A stretch of DNA of 64,000 bases from Eledone cirrhosa (lineage: Eukaryota). Under the pieces are notes generated by a model, which saw only the letters and a program-made list of their open reading frames with translations, did no database searches and had not been told where the DNA came from. The stretch's first letter is position 1. Every line of letters begins with the position of its first letter. The position numbers and the translations under genes are program-made. Where the stretch lies: assembly GCA_964016885.1 (NCBI GenBank), contig OZ024763.1, positions 2,542,001 through 2,606,000 of the forward strand, read 5' to 3'. Shown in pieces: positions 1 to 10,931 of the stretch.

Positions 1-348
1 ACCACCAGTGTACTAGAGAGAGAGACCCCCTCACCACCACCACCAGTGTAGGAGAGAGAGAGAGAGAGAGAGACCCCCTCACCACCACCTACAGTGTACG
101 AGAGGAGAGAGAGAGACCCCCTCACCACCACCACCACCAGTGTACTAGAGAGAGAGACCCCTCACCACCACCACCAGTGTAGGAGAGAGAGAGAGAGAGA
201 GAGACCCCCTCACCACCACCACCACCAGTGTAGGAGAGAGAGAGAGACCCCCTCACCACCACCACCACCAGTGTACGAGAGAGAGAGAGAGAAAGACCCC
301 CTCACCACCACCACCACCACCAGTGTAGGAGAGAGAGAGAGAGAGAGA
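1..348. repeat. Compound minisatellite (CCA)n-GTGTA-(GA)n-CCCCT
   Basis: Repeated units with variable CCA and GA tract lengths. Confidence 0.9.
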
Positions 349-599
349 CGTGGTGTGTGTTCCAGTGCCAGACTTCTCTCTACAGACACCACCACAGATT
401 GATGGCTTCTCTTCTAACTTCTAAAAGGATGACAACCTGAGAACACCTCCTCCTCCCCCACTACCACCACTACCAAGACACCTCCTCCACCCCCACTACC
501 ACCACTACCAAACACCATTACTACCACTATATCTTTCTCTCCCTCTAACTATCCAGCCCCCCCCCCCCCATCTCCCCCCTCCCCATCTCCCCCTCCCTA

Positions 600-675
600 T
601 CCCCCTCTCTCCTCTCTCCCCCCTCCCCCCCTCTCCCCCTCTCCCTCTCTCTCTCCTCCTCTCCCTCTCTCTCCT

Positions 676-726
<51 letters not shown>

Positions 727-750
727 CTCTCTCTCCTCTCTCTCTCTCTC

Positions 751-817
<67 letters not shown>

Positions 818-838
818 CTCTCGCTCTCTCTCTCTCTA
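600..838. repeat. (CT)n microsatellite
   Basis: Seen directly. Confidence 0.95.
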
Positions 839-1020
839 TATATATATGTATATATATATATTTAATGACTTTTCCTACTATATTAAGCGTGAAACTAATA
901 TATATCTTCATTCTACTTCATCTGTTGTGCTTTTTCCATTTACCTTTTTACGCACATGTATGTATGTATATATATATGTGTGTGCATGTGTATGTGTGTG
1001 TATACATGTGTATGTGTGTG

Positions 1021-1575
1021 CAGTGGCGGACTGGCCAGGTGGCCCACGGTAGCTTTGCAGAGCCCATTGTAGTATTTTAGGGGCCAATGTTAGCTTTCAA
1101 AAAATACCTGAAGTCTAAGAGAAAGAATAACATTTTTTTTTAAATAAATAAAACAATTAAGCAAAGCATTTGGTCAACGACACCACATCATTTTGTTTTG
1201 AAAACTTTGAAAGTAGGTTTATAAGTATGAAATTTCATAAGATTCCTGTAGTTGTCTCAGTGGCCTAGAGGTAGGTACTAGAGACAGTGGAGATCCTGGT
1301 CTTGGGTTCAATCCTGGTCAAGTTTTTATTTTACATCCCATAAAACTGAAATGGTTTACCGGGAACCCTACTCCCGACCAGGATCTAACCTCGGACCAGG
1401 ATCACCACTGTCTACGATTCCTCCTACTAGGCCACCGAGACAGCTACGAAAGTATAATGAAAGTTAATAATTATAAACCTACTTTCAAAATCAAAATTAA
1501 ATGATAGCATTCTATATGTAGGTGGGCCCCCTTCATCTCCTGGCACCCGATATTTTTAGACCCAATCCGCCATTA
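1021..1575. mobile_element. hAT-like MITE containing an internal inverted pair of tRNA-like segments
   Basis: Imperfect TIR CAGTGGCGGACTGG / CCAATCCGCCATTA; internal inverted repeat ~1207-1320 vs ~1375-1488. Confidence 0.5.
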
Positions 1576-1688
1576 TGTGTGTGTAGTATATATATGTGTG
1601 TGTGTGTGTGTATATATATGTGCGTGTATATATATGTGTGTGTATATATGTGTATTATATATATGTGTGTATGTATATATATATATGT

Positions 1689-2050
1689 AGGCACATGGCT
1701 TAGTGGTTAGAGCATTGGCCTTGCAATCGAAAGGTTGTGAGTTCAATTCTCAGACCGGGTGATGTGTTGTTTCCTTGAGCAAGACACTTTATTTCACATT
1801 GCTCCAGTTTACTCAGCTGTAGAAATGAGATGATAGGGACTGGGGTACCTATCATTCCACTGTAAAGTGGTCATGGAGGTGCCACGGCAAAAAAGCACCC
1901 AGCACTCACTGTAAATGAGGTTGGTGTTAGGAAGGGCATCCAGCTGTAGAAATCAAGCCAGAATCTAGAAATCAAGCCAGAATCAGTTCCCGTCCCACCC
2001 TTGCAAGCAGGGAAAAGTGGACGTAAAATGAAATGATGATGAATGATGAT
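1689..2050 (+). mobile_element. tRNA-derived SINE family A, full length
   Basis: A box TGGCTTAGTGG, B box GAGTTCAATTC, TCCTTGAGCAAGACACTT core, RTE-type tail ending in (GAT)n; several near-identical copies in the window. Confidence 0.9.
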
Positions 2051-2339
2051 GTGTGTATATATATATATGTGGGTGTGTGTATTTAGTTAACTATTCACAT
2101 ATGTAAATAGAATGTGGTGGTGATGATGGAGATGGTGGTAGTGATAGTGATGGTGTTGGTAGTGATGATGGCAGTGGTGCTGATAGTGGTGGCGCTGGTT
2201 TAGGGATACACCTAATTATTTTAAAGTGTGTTGTTGTCAGATAGATGTCCCCTACTTAGTGTTTCCTGTAGTATAGACAATGACTTCTGTGACAAGTTAT
2301 ATATTCCTGCATCTCAAGAATTCTGTCTCTCACAACACA

Positions 2340-3112
2340 CACACACACTCTCTCTCTCTCTCTCTCGCTCACTGTCTGTCTGTCTCTATGTCTCTCTCTC
2401 TCACTGTCTGTCTCTATGTCTCTCTCTCTCACTGTCTGTCTGTCTGTCTCTCTGTCTCTCTCTCTCTGTCTATCTCTCTCTGTTTGTCTGTCTCTCTCTC
2501 TCTGTTTGTCTGTCTCTCTCTATGTCTCTCTCTCTCTCACTGTCTGTCTGTCTCTATGTCTCACTCTGTCTGTCTGTCTCTCTCTATGTCTCTCTCTCTC
2601 TCTATGTCTCTCTCTCTCCGTCTGTCTGTCTCTCTCTCCGTCTGTCTGTCTCTCTCCTCCGTCTGTCTGTCTCTCTCTCCGTCTGTCTCTCTCTCCGTCT
2701 GTCTGTCTCTCTCTCCGTCTGTCTGTTTCTCTCTCTCCGTCTGTCTGTCTCTCCGTCTGTCTGTCTCTCTCTCTGTCTGTCTCTCTCTCCGTCTGTCTCT
2801 CTCTCTCCGTCTGTCTGTCTCTCTCCGTCTGTCTGTCTCTCTCTCCGTCTGTCTGTCTCTCTCTCCGTCTGTCTGTCTCTCTCTCTCCGTCTGTCTGTCT
2901 CTCTCTCTCCGTCTGTCTGTCTCTCTCTCCGTCCGTCTGTCTGTCTCTCTCTCCGTCCGTCTGTCTGTCTCTCTCTCCGTCTGTCTGTCTCTCTCTCTCC
3001 GTCTGTCTGTCTCTCTCTCTCCGTCTGTCTGTCTCTCTCTCCGTCCGTCTGTCTGTCTCTCTCTCCGTCTGTCTGTCTCTCTCTCTCCGTCTGTCTGTCT
3101 CTCTGTCTGTCT
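2340..3112. repeat. (CT)n/(CTGT)n/CCGT compound satellite
   Basis: Seen directly. Confidence 0.9.
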
Positions 3113-3344
3113 TTAGATGTAAACATAGGACCACAACACAGACAATACTAGTCACCACCGTCACCACCATCATCACCATCACCACCACCACCACCATCAC
3201 CATTACTCTCACCATCATCATCACCATCACTGTCACCATACAGTGTTATGTTCAAATGACATATTACTATCTCTCTTACAAATACATACATACATATATA
3301 CATATGCGTATATACATGTGTGTATATACATGTGTGTATATACT

Positions 3345-3545
3345 GCTGACCTCTGCCTGACCGACCCCATTTCACGCGCACGCGCGCTCTGCCGAATACC
3401 TCAGATATTCAAAACAACAAACAGCGGAGGACGCGTTTCGCACCTTTCCGATAGACAACCTTTTCCCCACCCCGGAAAAAACCCCCAGTTGATGGATGTG
3501 AATCCGAAATATATAGGGACTATTAAATCTCTCCCAAGGTAACTC
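3345..3545. promoter_or_regulatory. CpG-rich unique island, putative (bidirectional) promoter / first-exon region
   Basis: Dense CpG (CACGCGCACGCGCG, GACGCG) in CpG-poor surroundings; outward-facing donor-like sites AG|GTAACT (+, 3539) and AG|GTCAGC (-, 3350). Confidence 0.45.
3492..3538 (+). CDS. Candidate first coding exon MDVNPKYIGTIKSLP(R), unknown protein
   Basis: ATG at 3492 open to a strong donor AAG|GTAACT; no protein family recognised. Confidence 0.3.
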
Positions 3546-3764
3546 TCTCTCGTGTTGTTATTTTTATTTTATCCTTTATACTCTTCCCTTCTTTCTTCTA
3601 CACATTTACACATCTTATACACACCACGCATCTCAACGTACACCCACTTACATCTCTCTCTCCACCACCGGACCTTGTTACCCGGAGATTTACCCATTTG
3701 CATTGTCGAGGCTTCCAAACGACTTAAAGATATTTACATATATATATATATATACACACACATA

Positions 3765-4236
3765 AACCTACTACAGTCAGTAGGCACCTCTAACAAAAAT
3801 AACCCCTCCCCCCCCTCCGTCCAACTACCCCCACCCCATCCACACCACCCCTTTCAATGTAAAGTTATGTTGGTGCCACAACATCCAGGCCGAAACAAAT
3901 GAGATCGTGTAGACACAGTCCACGCTGTAATGTGGCCGTGTAGGCAACACGGTAAAAACCTCCCAGCCCCACACTGTAAATGTGGTTGGTGTTAGGAAGG
4001 GCATCCAGCTGTAGAAAACCTGCCAGACAGTCCACGCTGTAATGTGGCCGTGTAGGCAACACGGTAAAAACCTCCCAGCCCCACACTGTAAATGTGGTTG
4101 GTGTTAGGAAGGGCATCCAGCTGTAGAAAACCCGCCAGATAGTCCTCTGCGAGCAAGACAATCACTCTTGCCTCAAGTGGGAAAACCCCCGTCCAAACCC
4201 ATGCAAGCGTGGAACACGGACGTTAAACGTTGATGA

Positions 4237-4240
<4 letters not shown>
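3765..4240 (+). mobile_element. RTE LINE 3' UTR fragment with internal duplication and (GAT)n tail
   Basis: Matches the reverse complement of the 3' UTR following the RTE ORF end at 33168-33545. Confidence 0.75.
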
Positions 4241-4286
<46 letters not shown>

Positions 4287-4507
4287 TTAATATCAGATGC
4301 GAGTAAGACCACAAACCCTCCATCTCAATTCTACTTTTGAAAAGCATAAGAACTGTGAAACTGGTAAAGGAAACAAATAAATAATCTTAAAAAGATTCCA
4401 GTTGCATTTTCAATTTCATCTTTTTTCCTTATACTTTCACTCGTGTAGGACATCTCGGTTTTTTTTCATTTTGAAAAAATAACTCATTTTGTTATATATA
4501 TATATAT

Positions 4508-4840
4508 CATCATCATCATTTCATTTTACGTCCACTTTTTCCCTGCTTGCAAGGGTGGGACAGGAACTGATTCTGGCTTGATTTCTACAGCTGGATGCCC
4601 TTCCTAACACCAACCTCATTTACAGTGAGTGCTGGGTGCTTTTTTGCCGTGGCACCTCCACGACCACTTTGCAGTGGAATGATAGGGACCCCAGTCCCTA
4701 TCATCTCATTTCTACAGCTGAGTAAACTGGAGCAATGTGAAATAAAGTGTCTTGCTCAAGGACACAACACATCACCCAGTCTGAGAATTGAACTCACAAC
4801 CTTTCGATTGCAAGACCAATGCTCTAACCACTAAGCCATG
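4508..4840 (-). mobile_element. SINE family A
   Basis: Near-identical to the reverse complement of 1689-2050. Confidence 0.9.
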
Positions 4841-4842
4841 TA

Positions 4843-5003
4843 ACAAAGAAAGTGTGGTAAGAAACCAGGTGAACCATAATGCACCAGAGTACTTGATACT
4901 TAGGGTAGCAGAGTGGGTAATAGGAAAAGAGTCAGGACCTCTGTGTTCGGATCTAGCTGTCAAAACAGCTGGAGCTCAGCCGTCGGGGTTCTGACTCTTT
5001 TCC

Positions 5004-5006
<3 letters not shown>
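4843..5006. mobile_element. Hairpin-ended short repeat, same family as 19851-20052 (opposite orientation)
   Basis: Shared body GAGTACTTGATACTTAGGGTAGCAGAGTGGGTAATAGGAA; stem TAGGAAAAGAGTCAG...CTGACTCTTTTCCTA. Confidence 0.7.
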
Positions 5007-5044
<38 letters not shown>

Positions 5045-5140
5045 ACAATGAACTAACTCTCTACCTACACCTGACTTATGTTTTTTATTGTTCTATGCAG
5101 AGAAAAACACACATATATATATATATATATATAGACACAC

Positions 5141-5202
<62 letters not shown>

Positions 5203-5246
5203 CACACCTTTAAAAACCTCCCTATCTATCTGTAATTTTTCCTTAG

Positions 5247-5306
<60 letters not shown>

Positions 5307-5495
5307 TATATATATACACACACACACACCACACCTTTAAAAACCTCCCTATCTATCTGTAATATTTCCTTAACACACACACACATATATATATATATAC
5401 ACACACACATATATATATATACACACACACACCACACCTTTAAAAACCTACCTATCTATCTGTAACACACACACATATATACATACATATATATA

Positions 5496-5641
5496 TTATT
5501 TCTGAAGACGGCGTATATATGTGTTGGTATGTATATTTAATCTTGATAGTTTGTATAATTTTGTATAATTTTGTACATAGATCTGTTGAATATGCATGCC
5601 AATTCTAACACATATATATCCTAGAAACGATCGTTAAATAA
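5496..5641 (+). ncRNA. Type I hammerhead ribozyme motif with very long stem II
   Basis: Stem I TTATTT/AAATAA; CTGAAGA (5502); stem II TATATATGTGTTGG...CTAACACATATATA; GAAA (5624); palindromic stem III ACGATCGT; cleavage triplet GUU. Confidence 0.7.
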
Positions 5642-5945
5642 TGAACTTTTTTTGTTTAATATAAGGAACTGTCTCATTGTTTATTCATTATTTGTTTAAT
5701 ATTTTATCTTGACTCTGTATACCGTTTATCTTTCACCGAAAGTGATTTTTCATTACATCTCTTCTTTCCATGATATCCGGAATACATTGAGTTCTTCATA
5801 CGGATTGGACACTACCGTAAACTCTTGGTAGATTTATCTACATATATATATATATATATACGTTATTCCGGGTTGAATCGGAGGTAACCACAGTAAGTAA
5901 GGTACTCAATACATAGCAGAGTATAAAAGTTTTAATATAGATGAG

Positions 5946-5992
5946 ATTCTACAGGACTAGAACTGTTTCATTCTTTAGAAATCATCAGGAAT
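5946..5992 (-). ncRNA. Mirror-image hammerhead motif in the left arm of the palindrome
   Basis: Exact reverse complement of 5991-6037. Confidence 0.7.
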
Positions 5993-6037
5993 TCCTGATG
6001 ATTTCTAAAGAATGAAACAGTTCTAGTCCTGTAGAAT
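5991..6037 (+). ncRNA. Type I minimal hammerhead ribozyme motif
   Basis: ATTC-CTGATGA-TTTCT AA AGAAT-GAAA-CAG TTCTAGTC CTG-TA-GAAT; first stem II pair is U-U. Confidence 0.7.
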
Positions 6038-6054
6038 CTCATCTATATTAAAAC

Positions 6055-6085
<31 letters not shown>

Positions 6086-6146
6086 AATATGGGGAGAAGA
6101 ATACTGCATGGTTGCACATGGATAACATGTTATATATATATATAGA

Positions 6147-6488
6147 AGGCACATGGCTTAGTGGTTAGAGCATTGGCCTTGCAATCGAAAGGTTGTGAGT
6201 TCAATTCTCAGACCGGGTGATGTGTTGTTTCCTTGAGCAAGGCACTTTATTTCACATTGCTCCAGTTTACTCAGCTGTAGAAATGAGATGATAAGGACTG
6301 GGGTCCCTATCATTCCACTGCAAAGTGGTCGTGGAGGTGCCACGGCAAAAAAGCACCCAGCACTCACTGTAAATGAGGTTGGTGTTAGGAAGGGCATCCA
6401 GCTGTAGAAATCAAGCCACAATCAGTTCCCGTCCCACCCTTGCATGCGGGGAGAAGCGGATGTAAAATGAAATGATGATGATGATGAT
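6147..6488 (+). mobile_element. SINE family A
   Basis: Near-identical to 1689-2050. Confidence 0.9.
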
Positions 6489-6490
6489 AT

Positions 6491-6540
<50 letters not shown>

Positions 6541-6988
6541 AAGAAAGTTATGAGGAAATGGAACCTTTATTGTAGCTATGTCAACAGTTCTTCTCAGTTT
6601 GACACTTGACAAATAATCTTTGCCTTGCCCACTCTCTGTAGGTCCTAACCAGCTCTGTTCCTGTTGACCCCAGCTCCAGTAATGTTTAACCAGCTGGGAC
6701 GTGTCTTTCAATGTCAATAAATTACTTCCTGCCCACAGCACCCCTCCACCTTCGACCCCTCCCCCGACCCCCCTCATACACCACATCACCCCCCCCCCCG
6801 GTCCACTCACACACCGCCACACCTTGGCCTCCCCCCCGCACCCACCCACAGGCCACCACCTCACCCCATCCCCACACACCACCTCACCCCATCCCCATAC
6901 GCCACATTACCCCCATCCCCATACATCACATCACCCCACCCCATACACCACCCCCACCTCGCCCCATCCCCATACACCACATCACCCC

Positions 6989-7597
6989 ATGTGTTGTTTC
7001 CTTGAGCAAGACACTTTATTTCACATTGCTCCAGTTTACTCAGCTGTAGAAAGGAGATGATAGGGACTGGGGTCCCTTTCATTCCACTGCAAAGTGGTTG
7101 TGGAGGTGCCACGGCAAAAAAGCACCCAGCACTCACTGTAAATGAGGTTGGTGTTAGGAAGGGCATCCAGCTGTAGAAATCAAGCCAGAATCAGTTCCCG
7201 TCCCACCCTTGCAAGCAGGGAGAAGCGGACGTAAAATGAAAATGAAATGATATACATGTGAAGACACATGGCTTAGTGGCTGGAACGACACTTTACAATT
7301 GTGAGGTCGTAAGTTTGATTCTTAGACTGAGCTTTGCATTGTGTTCTTGAACAAGACACTTTATTTCACATTGCTCCAGTTTATTCAGCTGTAGAAATGA
7401 GATGATAGGGACTGGGGTCCCTGTCATTCCACTGCAAAGTGGTCGTGGAGGTGCCACGGCAAAAAAGCACCCAGCACTCACTGTAAATGAGGTTGGTGTT
7501 AGGAAGGGCATCCAGCTGTAGAAATCAACCCAGAATCAGTTCCCGTCCCACCTTGCAAGCAGGGAAAAGCGGAGGTAAAATAATGATATGATGATGA
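6989..7597 (+). mobile_element. Two tandem SINE family A copies (first 5'-truncated, second with a variant head)
   Basis: Near-identical bodies at 6989-7250 and 7260-7597. Confidence 0.85.
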
Positions 7598-8832
7598 TAT
7601 ATATTTATATATATATATGCAAACACACACACACACATATATCAGCATTAAGTCTTTATACTTTTCTTCACAGTGCAACATTGTGCATCTGTTGTGTTGT
7701 TTGCTGCATTCACTGCTGCAGCTGAGATTTGTGCATCAATGTTGAAGGTTACAATATAAACACTGACACGTGCACACTCACACTCACATACATACACACA
7801 CACATACATATTCACACACATACATACATGTGCACACATACATGCACTCAAATACACACACATGTAAACACACACGTGCACATACTTACATACATGCATG
7901 CATGCACACACACTCACAATGTAAACAGACTGTGCACATACATACATGCACACATTCAAACACACACTAACACATACATACATGCACACATTCAAACACA
8001 CACTAACACATACATACATACACATATACACACACACACTAACACATACATACATACACAAATACACACACACACTAACATATACACACAAATCTTGTGG
8101 TTTTACACCCTTGCCTTGAAACCTGTTATTTTTTTACCATTTTCTGTGGTTTGACTCCATAATTATTGTAATGGTATGGTGATGGTGGTGATGGTGGTGG
8201 TGGTGGTGGTGGTGATGTGGGGTGGTGATGGTGGTATGGTGGTGGTGTGGAGGTGGTGGTTATGGTGGTGTAATGGTGCTTAGTTTTGCGGTGGTGGTGG
8301 TGGTGGTGCGATGAAGGTGTGATTATATGTTAGTAATGGTGATGGTGATGTAATGGTGTGTGATAAAGTGTGGTAAAAGAAATTGTCTCCTAATTCCCAC
8401 ACACCACCACAACAACACCACATCTCACTACACTACACTACACCCCTCCACTACCACCACACCACCACCACACCACCACACCACACTACCACACCATCAC
8501 CACACCACCACCACACCACCACCACCACACAACCACCACACCACCACACCTCCTCCACCACCCCACCTGACCTTTGCGGTGAAGATATTTTCCTTCTTGT
8601 ATTGATCTCTTTTAAAATGTCTTTGTTATTTTGTCATTGTTCCACCCCTCTCCTCATCACCCCCCTCACCTCTCTCTCTCTCCCTCTCTCTCTCTCTCCC
8701 TCTCTCTCACTCTCTCTCTCTCTCTCACTCTCTCTCTCTCTCTCACTCTCTCTCTCTCTCTCTCACTCTCTCACTCTCTCTCTCACTCCCCCCATCTCTC
8801 TCTCAATTTAACATCACCAAACATTCATTTCC

Positions 8833-9875
8833 ACAGCTGATGTTCTTCTTAACACTAACTACTTTACAGAGTGTACTGGGTGTATTTTATCATGACACTG
8901 ACACTAGAGAAACTGTTATATTTTCAACAAGACTAAAGTGTCCCTTCTGTCCTACATTTTCGCCATTCAGTCACATTACAGAGTGTACTTGGTGCATTTT
9001 ATTGTAGCATTAACAGTAGAGAGGTTGTTGTGACTTCAACCATTCTAAAAAGTACTTTCTGTCCTATATTGTTTATATTTGTTTGTCAACCACTTTACAG
9101 AGTGTACTGGGCGCATTTTTATCATGACAATGACAGCTAATGCCCTGCCTAACACTAAATACTTTACAGAGTTTACTGAGTGCATTTTATCATGACAGTA
9201 GCACTAAAGAGGTTGTTATGACATCAACCAGACTAAAGAAACTTTGCTCCAAGACATTATGTCCTGTTTGTTTGACAACCACTTTACAGAGTGTACCGGG
9301 TGCATTTTATTATGACACTCACAGCTGATGCTCTGCCTAACACTAACTACATTACAGAGTGTACTGGGTACATTTTATCATGGCATTAGCACTAAAGAGG
9401 TTGTTATGACCTGAACTAGACTGAAAAGTACTTTCTATGCTACATTGTGTCTGTATGTCTGTCAACCACTTTACAGAGTGTACTGGGTGCATTTTATCAT
9501 GGCATTAGCACTAAAGAGGTTGTTATGACCTGAACTAGACTGAAGAGTACTTTCTATGCTACATTGTGTCTGTATGTCTGTCAACCACTTTACAGAGTGT
9601 ACTGGGTGCATTTTATCATGGCATTAGCACTAAAGAGGTTGTTATGACCTGAACTAGACTGAAGAGTACTTTCTATGCTACATTGTGTCTGTATGTCTGT
9701 CAACCACTTTACAGAGTGTACTGGGTGCATTTTATCATGACATTAGCACTAAAGAGGTTGTTATGACCTGAACTAGACAGAAGAGTACTTTCTATGCTAT
9801 ATTGTGTCTGTATGTCTGTCAACCACTTTACAGAGTGTACTGGGTGCATTTTATCATAACATTAGCGCTAATGAG
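8833..9875 (-). repeat. ~119-bp tandem array derived from the retroposon tail module
   Basis: Near-identical units at 9352, 9471, 9590, 9709 and older diverged units to the left; each contains TTTACAGAGTGTACTGGGTGCATTTT. Confidence 0.85.
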
Positions 9876-10022
9876 GTTTCTTTGTGTCTTGAAAGGCTAA
9901 AGAGCCCTTATAAATTTACTAGGGTCTTCCCATTCTTTCATTTTAACCCTTTTGATACTAAACTGCCCCAGGTTCTCTGATACAAAGTCGTTTGTTTTAA
10001 AGTTATTATATTTAGATTTAGC

Positions 10023-10390
10023 AGAGATGCATGGCCTAGTGGTAAGGGTGTTGGAGTTAAATTCATAATGTTGTAGGTTCGATTCCTGGGTTGTGTTGTG
10101 TTCTTGAGCAAGACACTCCATTTCATGTCACACCAGTGGTAAGGGTGTTGGACTTACAATCATAATGTTGTAGGTTTAATTCCTGGACTGGTTTGTGTTC
10201 TTGAGCAAGACACTTCATTCCACGTTGCTCCAGTATACTCAGCTGAAAATGAGTACCAGCAGCAATAGTTTGGAGATTTAACCCTGTCCTGCCCAGGGGG
10301 TAACCTTGTACTCTCAGTCGCTTCATGCCACAGAAAACTGGGATAAACACCGGCCTAATGAGCTTCTGGTCTTGAGACAGACTTTAACCT
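10023..10390 (+). mobile_element. Diverged tRNA-SINE with duplicated head
   Basis: TGGCCTAGTGG A box, GGTTCGATTCC B box, TCTTGAGCAAGACACT core present twice. Confidence 0.7.
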
Positions 10391-10612
10391 TGTAATGGAC
10401 TGGCGTCCTGTCCAGGAGAGTCTTTTGAATGAAACAGTTCTAGTCCTGTAGAAGCCATTTCTATATCAGACTCTCTCTCTCTATATATATATATATTTAA
10501 AAGTTAGTGCTCGGGCACTAACTTTTAAATATACATATGCTACACTTTCTCAAGTATTGAGTACTTAGCTTAATATGGTCTTGTCTAAATGGTAACTCCC
10601 AATCTCTCTTTC

Positions 10613-10643
<31 letters not shown>

Positions 10644-10774
10644 GGAGCGGGGTATGTGTGTATACATGTGTGTGTGTATGGAGAGGGTGTTTGTGTGTGT
10701 GTGTATATATATATATAGAGAGAGAGAGAGAGTACTCCCGTGATTTGTAGTCTCCCTGGTGTACCAGAGATTAT

Positions 10775-10931
10775 ATCATCACCGTTTTATGTCCATTCTT
10801 CCACGCTAGCATGGGTTAGACGGGTTGTCCTGTTGTTGCCAATGCCAGGTTGGGTGACCTTGTCTTGTTCATACGGGAACTGATTCTGGCTTGATTTCTA
10901 CAGCTGGATGCCCTTCATAACACCAACCTCA
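10775..10931 (-). mobile_element. RTE-type 3' tail from which the 48-bp array emerges
   Basis: Similar to the reverse complement of 25125-25275. Confidence 0.75.

Larger units (their letters stand above)
5928..6055. repeat. Perfect 128-bp palindrome centred on GAATTC
   Basis: Arms 5928-5991 and 5992-6055 are exact reverse complements. Confidence 0.95.

Noticed and set aside
1689-1765. Functional tRNA genes at SINE heads
   Set aside because: A/B boxes present but fused to SINE bodies and no convincing cloverleaf
7674-7747. Plus-strand exon QHCASVVLFAAFTAAAEICASMLK
   Set aside because: Good acceptor but weak donor and phase-incompatible with the 3492-3538 exon; cannot be supported without transcripts
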